NCBI RefSeq assembly: GCF_006345805.1
Contig: NC_043004.1
Location: 55,304,001-55,368,000 of the forward strand
Direction of reading: 5' to 3'
Source: Octopus sinensis
Taxonomy: Eukaryota
DNA: 64,000 nucleotides
In this document: positions 48,905 through 61,389 of the stretch, piece by piece
Numbering within the stretch: position 1 is the first letter of the stretch
How the letters are laid out: every line of letters starts with the position of its first letter
The notes under the pieces: model-generated
The model's database searches: none
What the model was told of the DNA's origin: nothing
What the model saw: the letters and a program-made list of their open reading frames with translations, nothing else
Position numbers and translations under genes: made by a program

Positions 48905-49047
48905 TGACTTAATATAGAATGATTGTCGTCATTTCTTTCTCTTTTGCCTGCGTTTGCCTTTTAAGTGGTGTGATTTTACTGAGATCTCCCCCTTAAGTAG
49001 AAAGAATAGCCATAACTCTTTGACTGCTATATATATATATATACACG

Positions 49048-49078
<31 letters not shown>

Positions 49079-49664
49079 ATATATATATATATATATATAT
49101 ACATACATATCTCCTTCATATATCTCTCTTCTATATCTCTCTCCACCCCTACACAATCTATAATACTATAAAAAGCGACAAATTTCCTGAAAAAAAATTG
49201 AATCTGAAGAATCCACTAGAGTGGATGCAAGCGCTATTATATGATTTATAAAAACGTGACTTATTAAGAAAAATCTGTAAATATAAGCCATCCATATTTC
49301 TGAGTACCTTATTTCTTCTAATATATAATACCTGTACATCATCTCCAAACCTTCTAATACATACATATATATATATATATTATATATATATATATAATAT
49401 ATATATATATACATATATATAAATATGTATATGCATATATATAGATATATATATACATATATATAGATATATATATATACATATATATAGATATACATAT
49501 ATATATATATACTATATATAGATATATATATATACATATATATACATATAAATATATATACATACACACACACACATATATATACATATATATATATACA
49601 AACATACATATATATATATACACATACATACATACATATATATACATACATACATAAATAAATA

Positions 49665-49702
<38 letters not shown>

Positions 49703-49780
49703 TATATATACATACATACATATACATATATATATATGTGTGTGTATATATATATATATATACACACGCGCACACATATC

Positions 49781-52700
49781 TGTTGTGGAAAGATTCCGAG
49801 CGCTCCTCACGTGACTAAAAGCTGGGCTGAATCATTATTATAAAGTAAAGAACAGTGAGCGTGTGACCGATCGTGTTGGTGAGCCTTTGATTAAGAGCGT
49901 TGAGTCTCGTGTAATAGTAACCCGCCGTGTATATACTTTCTTTCCCGCTGCTCCGTTTTATTATATATCCAATACAAATATATAAAAGTGGCGACGAGTT
50001 GTTCGAAGCTTGCATTGGACGTTTAAAATTTTGTTTTGGTACGAAACCAAATAGTAAATCTTTTTAACTTGGAATATTTATTGGCCTCCGTAGTGCAGTT
50101 CCAACAGCAATAACAACAACAGCAGTTTCAGCAGCAACTACGCAGCAGCAGCAGCAGCAACTACCACAACAAAAACCAACCGTTGCTGGAATTAGTGTTG
50201 AAATACTGAAAATACTTCAGGTTTGTACTCGCCTGACAGCGTAGCAAACTTAATTGAAGCTTCAGCGATAAACCAGGAAAAGGTACTATCTTCTTTGCAT
50301 ATTTTGGTAGATACGAAGAAATCTCTAAAGAAGTATGTAAAAGTTTGTCCAACGAGAAAAAAGTACTATTACTTTTAAGAAAGTTATCCCCTACCGAACA
50401 CGAAAAATATAGTATTTATATTCTGCCGAAGAAGCCAGGTGAGATTTGTTTCGATAAAACAATATTTTATCGAAAATTTTCAGTGAAAGAAGTTCCCTGT
50501 TCAATACTCGCTGACAATGTTTCAATTTTGTCAAAAAAGATGATGAAGATTTCGTCACCTATGCCGGAGTGGTTGACAGAGAGTGAGAAATTCAAATTGA
50601 ATGATGATATACGTTCAAGGATGTTAACAAAATTAGAATAGGATCAAAATTTAACTCTGCAGGCAACTGCAGAAGAATTTCAGAGGATTATCATCTACGA
50701 TATAACGCAAATAAAAATAAAGAGAAATATTGCTTTCAGATTCAAGCGTATCGACTGATAACGAATAAGAAAACAGACAAAAATATCAAGACCAAATCCA
50801 TGTTATGAGTAAATTGTCAAAAAGCATTTGACGAAAGCAAAAATAATATTAATTTCTGATTTGTCGTTAGCACACTTCGATCCTGCAGCGGAGATTGTTG
50901 TAACTTCAGACGCTTCTGATTACGGTAAAGGAGCAGTACGGTTATATAAATATAACGACGGTAACATGAAGGCGGTGGTTCATGCCTCATGTTCTCTGAT
51001 AGCAGCAGAAAAAAATTATAGTCAAGTCGAAAAAATAGTTCTAGCAATTATTTTTGCCGTGAAAAAATTTCACATATTTTTACACGAGAGACGTTTTCGT
51101 CATCCATTATTATCAATATTTGGGCCTAAAAAAAGGAATTCCTAACTATGCTTCTAATAAATTACAACGCTGGTGTACGATATTATTAAACTATGATTTC
51201 AAGATGGAATATATAAAGAAGCACTCCGTCGGTTACGACGACGAGGGTTCCGATTGATCCGAATCAACGGAACAGCCTGCTCGTGAAATTAACGTGTAAG
51301 TGGCTGAGCACTCCACAGACACGTGCACCCTTAACGTAGTTCTCGGGGATATTCAGCGTGACACAGTGAGTGACAAGGCCGGCCCTTTGAAATACAGGTA
51401 CAACAGAAACAGGAAGTAAGAGTGAGAGAAAGTTGTGGTGAAAGAGTACAGCAGGGATCACCACCATCCCCTGCCGGAGCCTCGTGGAGCTTTTAGGTGT
51501 TTTCGCTCAATAAACACTCACAATGCCCGGTCTGGGAATCGAAACCGCGATCCTATGACCGCGAGTCCGCTGCCCTAACCACTGGGCCATTGCGCCTCCA
51601 CAGGAATTCCTAACTATACTTCTAATAAATTACAACGCTGGTGTATGATATTATTAAACTATGATTTCAAGATGGAGTATATACCATTCAAGAGATTGGA
51701 CTGATTTCGTAAAATGTGGAACCATTTGAAGATACCGTGATTGCCGCTTTGCAAGCGGAAAATGAGATTAAAAGTGTTTTGTGTAACGTCATGCGTGAAC
51801 TTTCAGTTACTTTACAAGATATAAAATTAAAATCGGACACCGATAAATTTATTATAAAAATAAAAGAAATATAGAAAGCTAAAAGTGATAAAGATATACG
51901 CAACATAAATGCAAACCGTTTCTCACTGTGTGACAACGTGTAGATGCATTCGCAAAGAGTCGTAGTGCCAGCCACACTACTAAAGCGATTATTAAAGAAA
52001 TTTCATATGAGTCATCCGGGGATTTCAAGAATGAAATCATTAATGAGAAGTTCCGAATATTGTCCAACAATGGACTGTGACATTGCAGAATCGGTGAAAG
52101 TATGCAGAGGGAGTGCCTTAGCTTCACACCAAATGGCAACCGTGATCAAACACGGACGTTCTATGGGCCAGACTACATATTGATTACGCAGGTCCACTTA
52201 AGGGCTCATATTACCTTGTCGTGGTGGATAGTTTTTCAAAGTGGCTGGAAGCGTATGAATGTAAAACGCCCACATCTGCGGTTACGATAAGCTTTTTACA
52301 CAAATTGTTCACCAGCATGGTATTTCGGATACCATTGTGTCGGATAATGGAACTCAATTTATGTCAAATAAGGTTTAAAAATCTTGCATCGAACATGTAA
52401 CCACTCCGCCCTGTCACCCTAGGTCAAATGGACAAGCGGAGCGTTTTGTTGACACTTTCAAGAGGGCGTTAAAAAGGAAGTGATGGACGGTTTGGGATTT
52501 CAACAATTTCTAAGAATGTACCGAGTAACCCCTAATCCGAATACACCATCACGAAAGCCACCTGTAGAATTGATGTTTGCTAGAAAGGTTAGATCCGTCT
52601 TTGATAAGCTGACACGTAGTAAAAAGAAAAAAAGCGAACTACAAAAATACTTTAAAAAAGTTAGGTAACAAAGTTTTTTTTTAAAAAACCTATAGATATG

Positions 52701-53160
52701 GTAAAGAAAGCTGGGAGGACGGTGTAGTTATTAAACAAATTGGAATAATGATATTCCTGGTAAAAGGGAAAATGTTGAACACAAATGACATATTAACCGA
52801 CTAAAAAAAATATTCACGGAAAAATACTCACGTGAAAAGAAATCCCCATGGAAGTGTTGTAAGACACGTTTGAGGTACCAACACCCATATTAAAACCCTG
52901 TGCGGAGCTCAAATCTGAAAAGAGAAGATATAAAAGGGAAGATGTGGAAGGTTTCCGACCACACCGCAAGTGACTAAACGGTGGACTGACTCATTATTAT
53001 AAGGTAAAGAACTGTGAACGATTGGAAGTTGGTGTTGGTAGCACTTCACTGTGAGCCTTTTGATTAAGAGCGTTGAGTCTCGTGTAATAGTAGCGAGTTG
53101 TGTCTATACTTTATTCTCCCTGCTTCGTTATATTATATATCCAATACAAGGATATAAACA
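49781..53160 (+). mobile_element. Decayed Gypsy LTR retrotransposon (gag, RNase H and integrase remnants; RT core not found)
   Basis: LTRs 49781-49987 and about 52941-53160; PBS TGGCGACGAG 49989-49998; PPT AAAAGGGAAGA; TSD TATC; TSDASDYG, EKNYSQVEK, HPGISRMKSL, SDNGTQF, SNGQAERFV. Confidence 0.9.
51216..51601 (-). mobile_element. SINE family A, tail type 2, inserted in the Gypsy element
   Basis: ORF 51264-51467(-) nearly identical to 44127-44330(+); flanked by an 82-bp direct duplication. Confidence 0.9.
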
Positions 53161-54770
53161 TATCTTAATCAAAATGTATAATATTATATGTCCATTATCA
53201 GTCGCTCTTATCAGTCGGTTTCACACTGCCGATTAAACCGGATGTCAGATAAAGGCACGGTTGAGCAATACAACGTGCTCATCAGAGCTGGCAGATATAG
53301 AAAAAATATGGTAACTGATCTCCGTTATTAGAGGTGAAAATATACAACCGGTTTGTGGGTAATATGTGGGTTATATGAAAGAAAACGAAACGAACTGAAC
53401 AAGTGTTGCATCAAGAGTAATGTCCCTTGACCTCAAAGTTCTCTGAAATGCAAGTCTACAAGAGAGTTCTGAAAATGTGTGTAGGGTTTAAGGTTAGGTA
53501 TTCGTATAGGGTTCGAAAGTTTGTTTGAGTATTATACGTGTAGAACTGGGAGAGGCTGGGCAGATTTCCTGATGCCTAAACCCATGTTAGGGGCATATAT
53601 CTTCGTTTGCTGATTAGAGTATGCTTTCTTTAAAATCTTTGCTAGGTTCTCAGATTATGCTGGTGAAAGAGCCGAAGGTGGGGAACTGAGGATTACGGTT
53701 ATGATGGGGCCCGTTAGTATGATAAAATATATCTCCTTTCAAGTGGATAAGGGCTAAAAATCTCACTTCTGCAGTTTAGGTAAAGTTTGGGCGCTGAGAA
53801 CTTTTTAATATTTTTCTTTTCTTGGCTACACATAACCTGCACTTTCTGCTACTTTTAAAAGAAGGCTTGCACTTTTTAAAATTTTCCACTTTATGCTGTA
53901 CTCTGTGGTGCGTTCTTTTAACGACCATACGTACCTAGTCAGGGTTGTAGCATACGTCACTTCGAGATATTGGAGGAGGACTTCTGCTGCTCCTACATAC
54001 TTCTGCACGTTTAGTTAATCATTTAGAACTTTTGATGTTATCTCTGCCTCATATACAATTGTTCCCGTATAACACTGGCCGTCAATGAGGCATGTGGTGT
54101 TACTTCTACAAGAGCATCCTACCACTAATTCAGCTATGGGTCTACCAACTTTTATTTTTTGGACAAGGTCCGCACTTAAAAGACGCTCATAAAGTGTGCC
54201 TTATAAAATTTTACTGAACTTACTCGTACGTGGCAAGTATTTATCTAAGCTAAGAAAAATCCTACTCACACAAGATATCACGCTTAAGAAAAAGAGGTAC
54301 GTGAACCCCAACCTACTTTGGTGGAGGTTTTATTCTTGGGGCTGCTAGACTCTGGCTATAATTAATCTTATCTTTAAAACCGATGGCAATCAAAGCTTTA
54401 TTGTAGTATAGGTTAGAAGCATAAAAAATCTCTTTACTTGAAAACAGGCTGGAGATTTGGCTGTTGATTCCCTTTACTGGGGTCCTGAATACTATGGCTG
54501 GATGATGGGAAGGTGTGTCTCTGTAAGTTACCCTTTCATTCGGCTTCCTAAAAAGCTTATAGGCACCGGATTCTGATTTCAAGGCCACGTAAAGAAATCC
54601 ATAGTCTTCCGGATGGTTTCTTTTGTGATCAAGTGGCCAAAGGAATTTATGGTATTGGTAAAGTTCTTCCAAAGCCTATCGAGTGTGTAGTCATTTGCCC
54701 ATCTCGGTATTGCCACAGCATCGTCTCTATAGAGGCCCAAAACTGGCAATAAAGAATTTCTTAACGAAAT
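53161..54770 (-). mobile_element. Decayed Penelope-like element 3' half with hammerhead-like terminal motif at 53204-53289
   Basis: YKLFRKPN...SHHP, TTLTRYVWSLK...IKWKIL; CTGATGA...GAAAC with a branched stem II. Confidence 0.75.
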
Positions 54771-54838
54771 TCAGGACGAAAAAATATAACCGAGGAGGTT
54801 ACACACGCCAGCGCTGTCGAATGCGGCAATAGAAAAGT

Positions 54839-54890
<52 letters not shown>

Positions 54891-55179
54891 AGAGAGAGAG
54901 AGAGATAGACAGGCAGAGAAAATGAGAGACAGAGAAAGACAACAGAAAATGTGGGAAGGATAAATCCCCTTCCAAAGTGCCACGCAGTGGGGCCGAACCT
55001 GCAACCATATGGTTGAGAAATAAGCTTCTTTTCATAGAGTCACACCAGCGCCTACATAGATAGATAGATAGATACATACATACGTATATACATACATACA
55101 TACATACATACATACATACATGCATACAACATACACACATACATACATACATACATACATACCAACATACATACATACA

Positions 55180-55241
<62 letters not shown>

Positions 55242-55313
55242 CACACACATATATATATATATATATGTATATATATATGTATGTATATGTATATATGTAT
55301 ATGCATATGTATA

Positions 55314-56320
55314 TATTGGTTTTTCAATTGCATGAAGTAAATGTGAGAGGGGAACGTAATAAACTAACTGTATCAACGGGCTACAAAAGCAGATAGTAAT
55401 TTTCTTCGTAGTTATTCTTAGTACAAGTGCTGAAGAGTGCAGTTCCATTTTAACAGTTATTTTTTCAAAGCTATAATGGAAGTGACAAAGGAGCATATTC
55501 GGCATATTTTGCTTTATGAGTTCAATAAAAGCAACAACGCAACTGAAAGTGCGAGGAATATTAATGCAGTATTTAGAGATTGGGCAATAAGCATAAGCCA
55601 GTGCCAACGGTGGTTCCAAAACTTCCGAGCCGGAAACTATAGCTTAAAAGATGAGCCTTGACCTGGAAGATCTGTAGAGTTCAACGAGGATGTCTTAATC
55701 ACGCTGGTAGAACAAAATTCCACCGTAACTGCTGAGGAACTAGCAGAGAAGATTGGATTTGGTCATTCAACCATTCATCGACACCTTTGTGCCATCGGAA
55801 AAGTCAGCAAATTGGATCGATGAGTACCCCACGAACTTTCGGAGTCTAATCGCGTACAGAGAGTGAATGTGTGCTCTTCTTTGCTGTCACGTCTCACAAA
55901 TGAATCTTTTTTGGACTGAATTGTGACTAGTGACGAGAAATGGGTTCTCTATAAAAATTTTAAAAGCCGAAAACAGCGGATAGGGAAAGGGGAAATACCA
56001 TCAACCCAAGCTAAAGAAGGGCTTCACCCACGTAACGTATAGTTATCTGTTTGGTGTGATATGAAAGGTTTAGTCCACTTTGAACTTTTAAACCCAAACT
56101 AAGCGATAACAAACGAGATCTACTGCGAACAGCTTGAGCAGCTTAAATAAACGCTAGAAAAAAAACTACCATCTTTGGTTTCATGACAAGAGGTTTTCTT
56201 CTATAAGGATAATGCTCGGCCATATACAGCGAGGTTAACATTCCAAAGACTGAAACAGCTTGAATTGGAAACGATGCCCCACCCACCATATTCATCGGAC
56301 ATTGCTTCATCTGATCATCA
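55314..56320 (+). pseudogene. Mariner transposase pseudogene (ATG 55476), truncated after the YS.D+A.SD motif
   Basis: HIRHILLYEF, QRWFQNFRAG, VPHEL, IVTSDEKW, DNARPYTA, HPPYSSDIASSD; multiple stops. Confidence 0.9.
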
Positions 56321-56520
56321 TTACCTCCGCCAAGGAAGGAGGTTATGTTTTCATCGGCGTTGGTTTGTCGGTCTGTCCGCCTGTATGCAAAATAACTCAA
56401 AACGTTGTGAACGGTATTTGATGAAACTTGCAAAAAAATGTTGGTAATGACACAAGGAACAGATGATGAAATTTTGGTAGTGATCCGAGATTTTTTATGG
56501 AGACTTGAAGGATTTTTCCT
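56321..56520 (+). mobile_element. Helentron/DINE-like non-autonomous element, 5' part
   Basis: TTACCTCCGCCAAGG..GAGGTTATGTTTTC start, shared with 63737. Confidence 0.6.
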
Positions 56521-56748
56521 TTGTTATATTTACTTTACACGAAGTATTACGTTGCGTTCTTTGATTATCTCATTTGAAAACACGTTCATCGTTTCAATGT
56601 AACCTATGGTGGCGTTGCTGTTTCCAAAGTTTATTTTCGTTTCCTTATTAGTAATTTTACACGCGTTATGCGTGTATCACTCAAGTTTTTGGTAATTATT
56701 TACATTATTTACATTCGACGGATATTTGTCCTCATCTTGTTTGTTGTT

Positions 56749-56794
56749 GACACAACGTTTCGGCTGATGTAACCGCCAGCTTTCATCAGGTGAC
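56749..56794 (-). ncRNA. Minimal hammerhead motif in a PLE terminal-repeat fragment (56690-56910)
   Basis: GTCAC / CTGATGA / AA-GCTG-GCGGTTACAT-CAGC-C / GAA-ACGT-T / GTGTC. Confidence 0.65.
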
Positions 56795-56876
56795 TTGGGG
56801 AAATTTCGAAACTGGGTTCTCATTCGTAAGGTATTTTTCGATATCATCATTGTTATTATTATTATTATTATTATTA

Positions 56877-56909
<33 letters not shown>

Positions 56910-57152
56910 CAATATGGCATCATCATCATCATCAATATGAGGAACAGTCATTTTAACGTGTTGTTTTTATTTATTTATCACACGACGAGGTACATCTGCA
57001 CCACCCGATACTCCTGAACCAGTTGTTGAGAGTCCCACAAGAGGAATCGATGCTACATGTGTCGAAACAATTGTCGTGATTAATAATAAATTCTCGTATA
57101 TTCCATCTTCTGTCTTTCATTTGCTATATATACATATATATATAATATATAA

Positions 57153-57197
<45 letters not shown>

Positions 57198-57537
57198 TAT
57201 ATATTATATATATTATATCTCGCAAGAATATGGATAACACTAATCTTTCCCACTCTTACTCAAACAAAAAATGCAAAAGAAAAAATGTTATTTGGTTAAA
57301 TATCCCTTTCAACTGTGCGAACTCGACGAATATATACAGTAGATTTATGTCTATACAAGAAAAATAACTTTCCAGCTTCCCATAAATATTATAAAATAAT
57401 TTCTAAGAAATCAGTAAGAATATCATATTCTACTCTCCCAAATATGGCTACCATAATAGCTAGACTTAATAGTAAAAATATTAAGTTAAGTAGGGATAGA
57501 ATAAATAGTAACAACAACAACAATAATAGTAATAATG

Positions 57538-57599
<62 letters not shown>

Positions 57600-57679
57600 C
57601 ATAGCAATAATAATAATGATAAGCGCCTACAGAGTATCTCAACAGGCACGATAGAGCTGCACAATATATTCACTGGGTA

Positions 57680-58345
57680 ATCTGTAAAAACCTGGATTTG
57701 CCCAATGAAAAAAACTGGTGGGAACACAAACCACCCCCAGTGCTTGAAAATGACCACATCTCACTCCTCTGGAACTTCACCATTCAAACTGACAGAAAGA
57801 TAGATGCAAATAGGCCAGACATCATATTGAAAGACTTCAAACAAAGAACATGCCTCCTCGTTGATATGACTGTCCCAATCGATATAAACGTATCTGTCAA
57901 GACCTACCAAAAACTGAGCAAATATAAAGATCTTGAAATAGAAATCAGCAAAATGTGGAAGCTGAAGACTAAAACAATACCTGTTGTCATAGGTGCCCTG
58001 GGAATGATAGCAAAAGGGGATGATAGCTACCTAACTCAGATACCAGGAAACCCCAAAATGGCAGAAGTTCAAAAGATAGTGCTCATGGGAACTGCTCATA
58101 TCCTACGCAAAATACTCTCTATGTAATCTCAAGGTTTAAAACAAACATAATTTTCGGTTAAAAAAAAACAAAAAAAAACAACTTTTTTTTTACACATTCA
58201 TTAGTACAACACGCCCACCCCCCAAATATATGGCACACTAGGCATAACAACAACATGAACTTCCAACCCTGTTGTCTCTTGAGGTCTCTGGGTGAGACTT
58301 GGAGCCAACTTGTACAAATATAAAGCAAAAGTCAAACATAGAATA
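57680..58345 (+). mobile_element. R4/Dong-like 3' fragment embedded in (AAT)n arrays
   Basis: LWNFTIQTDRKIDANRPDIILKD...KYKDLEIE; (AAT)n at 57500-57620 and 58345-58590. Confidence 0.88.
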
Positions 58346-58363
58346 ATAATAATAATAATAATA

Positions 58364-58400
<37 letters not shown>

Positions 58401-58408
58401 TAATAATG

Positions 58409-58444
<36 letters not shown>

Positions 58445-58518
58445 TAATAATTATAATAATAATGATGATGATGATGATAATGGTAATAATAATAATAGTA
58501 ATATTAATAATGATGATG

Positions 58519-58558
<40 letters not shown>

Positions 58559-60171
58559 TAATAATGATAATAATAATAATAATAATAATAACAACATTAA
58601 TGTAAATAGAGATAAAAACAACATCAATAATATAGGTAGTATAGATAAAAATGTAGTAGGTGATGATAATGAGGATGGATTAATAACTAGTAACCCCAGT
58701 TTGCATAACAATGTAACTACTATTAGAGAAAATAACACTAATACTAATAACAACTCAAATAACAGAAATGAAAACTAATTGTCCATAAATAATACTAGTA
58801 CCAGGGATTTTCTCCCCAGTTGTAATTGTAGGATTAGATCGAAATGTCCGGTATCTGGCCGCTGTTTGGTCCAAAATGTGATTTATAAATGTACAATAAT
58901 AACTTCAAATAACAACTATCTTTATTTCGGTTGTTCGGTAGATTAAAAAAAAAAACGTTTAAACAATCATTTTTCCTCATTTAGGCTCAAACACAAAGCA
59001 CGTTGCACAACATTGTCAAGTAAAATTTGGGAACTGAAAACGAATAATATAGAATTCAACCTGAAATGGAATATAGTAAGAAAAGCACGGCCTTATAAAA
59101 ATAGTAGGGATAGTTGTGCACTTTGTTCTATGGAAACATGAAATTTTAAAACTAAGGAGTAATACAAATCTGTTAAATAACCGTTCGGAGCTAGGACTAT
59201 CTTGCGTACGTTTAAATATTTTGAATAATAATATTGTGAATATTCCTAAATTTTTCAAATTTTAATTCTTTATAACCAAATAAGAATGAATATACCATAC
59301 TGGTTTTTAATTCAACATACATAGACTACTAAAAAACTTTATTGCGAACTTGGAATTAAATTCTCCCTTTTTTTTATATTCTCCTATACTAAATAGCATA
59401 AATTCAATGCCCCTGAAGAAACTATTCAGTTCACCTTGATTATCTCACTTCCATTTCTTAATATATCATTAACCTAGGATATTTTTACCTAACTAATTAG
59501 CCTTTCCTCGCGGGTAGTAAATATTATTTCTAACAGATTCTATGTTTTAATTCATTAATAACAATTCCCTATCTATGAAATCTGAGTAATTTACTCTTCT
59601 TAATTATTTCCCTTCATATTAATAATTCACATTCTACTAAACCTACGAATACCATTCTTCTTGGTTACTCCTCTTCCAGCTTTCCTATTATACATATTTG
59701 ACCCCTAATATATTCACTTGATTAATAAGTCTCAATTAATGAGTATTATGCCTACTCATAATAAGTGATAGATTTTTCTCCAAATTGAATAAATATTAGA
59801 TTAATAATTCCTCCTTTAATCCGACGTATCAAAATATTCAAAACCTATCAGCTAATTATAAAGTTGATGTATATATGTATAAATGAATCTCTGCATTCTC
59901 TATGAGTGGTCACTTATTCTTCAGTCATTTGATAAACTTCACAACCTTAAATGTTCCTAAAATTTAAATCCACATCTTTGTCTATATATCTACCTTCTCT
60001 ATAATGTTATCAATTGATATGAAAATTATGTATTAATGGAAAACGTCTATTATTGGCTGATGAGTGCTCAGCATTTTAAAACTGTTGTAATAATTACAAC
60101 ATTTAATAAAATGATGTAGCGTGAAACGATCGTACCAAATTACCGAAGTTATTCTTGTTACTTATTTTGAG

Positions 60172-60250
<79 letters not shown>

Positions 60251-60364
60251 ATATATATACTATATATAATATATATATGTATGTATGTATTATGTATGTA
60301 TGTATGTATGTATGTATGTATGTACGTATGCATATAAGTATCTATCCATCTATCTGTCTGTCTG

Positions 60365-60404
<40 letters not shown>

Positions 60405-60760
60405 CGATAGGTTTCTTTGAACTTCCGCCTACCAAATCCACTCACAAATCTTTGCTCAGTTCAAGGCTAATAGACGACACCCACGCAAGGTGACACGTAG
60501 TGGAACTAAAACCGAAAGCGTGTGATTGGGAAGCATACATATACATACATATATATTGTTGGCATCCTTTTTGTCTCGGGAGACAATGGAGTTGCGCATA
60601 AAATAGTCTAGTTAGACTTTTACATTTCATGTCCTGATGCATTTCCTGCTGTGGCTGTGTAGTCCTATCCTGGACAAATGAGAACGTCAAAAGCATACAA
60701 AATATTATATAAAACAATAGATGAATAAACTGAATTCGTTTCTCTATTTTCTTTGTATTA

Positions 60761-60803
<43 letters not shown>

Positions 60804-61051
60804 CATACATACATATATATAAGTGTGTATGTGTATGTTTGTCGATACCTACCTCTTTTTCTTGAAACAACGTCACCATTTCTCACCAAATGCTTTCAAA
60901 AAACTTTTTTCACGAAGGAAACAAATCACGGGAACGAGTTGATACTTGTATATGTATATGTATAAATATATATATATATTACCAATGCAATGTCGTTTAA
61001 AAGAGACGATCAGGCTTTGTATGTGCGTGTGCCTGTTTATGAGAGAGAGTG

Positions 61052-61106
<55 letters not shown>

Positions 61107-61389
61107 GAGAGAGAGAGAGAAGCGAGGCTTACCACTCCCTTTACATCTCTTAATCTTTCACCATATCTATTTTAAACAAGTATCACTTCGGCCCCATGAT
61201 TAGTTTCCTTCAAGAAACACAGGTACTTATCGACAATTAGGCATACTCGCACACACACACACACACACACTCTAAAGATGTTTATGCATACATATAGTTA
61301 AAAAAAGTGTTAAGAATCCATACAAATCAAAAGTTATAGTTGAAAAGTAAAAGTGCAAACATGGAAGTATGTTTAAAGATTGCTTCATA

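Larger units (their letters stand above)
48018..49030. repeat. Nested inverted repeats: 48074-48402 / 48700-49030 (about 330 bp) and 48018-48101 / 48547-48630
   Basis: Direct reverse-complement comparison, only a few mismatches/indels. Confidence 0.93.

Noticed and set aside
57030-57085. GAAACAATTGTC palindrome resembling an HHR 3' half
   Set aside because: No CUGANGA-like core at the right position.
60050-60095. CTGATGA GTGCTCAGCA...AAAAC TGTT GTA
   Set aside because: G12 is lost and stem I is unconvincing; the adjacent 58800-60050 region may be a very old PLE but could not be supported well.
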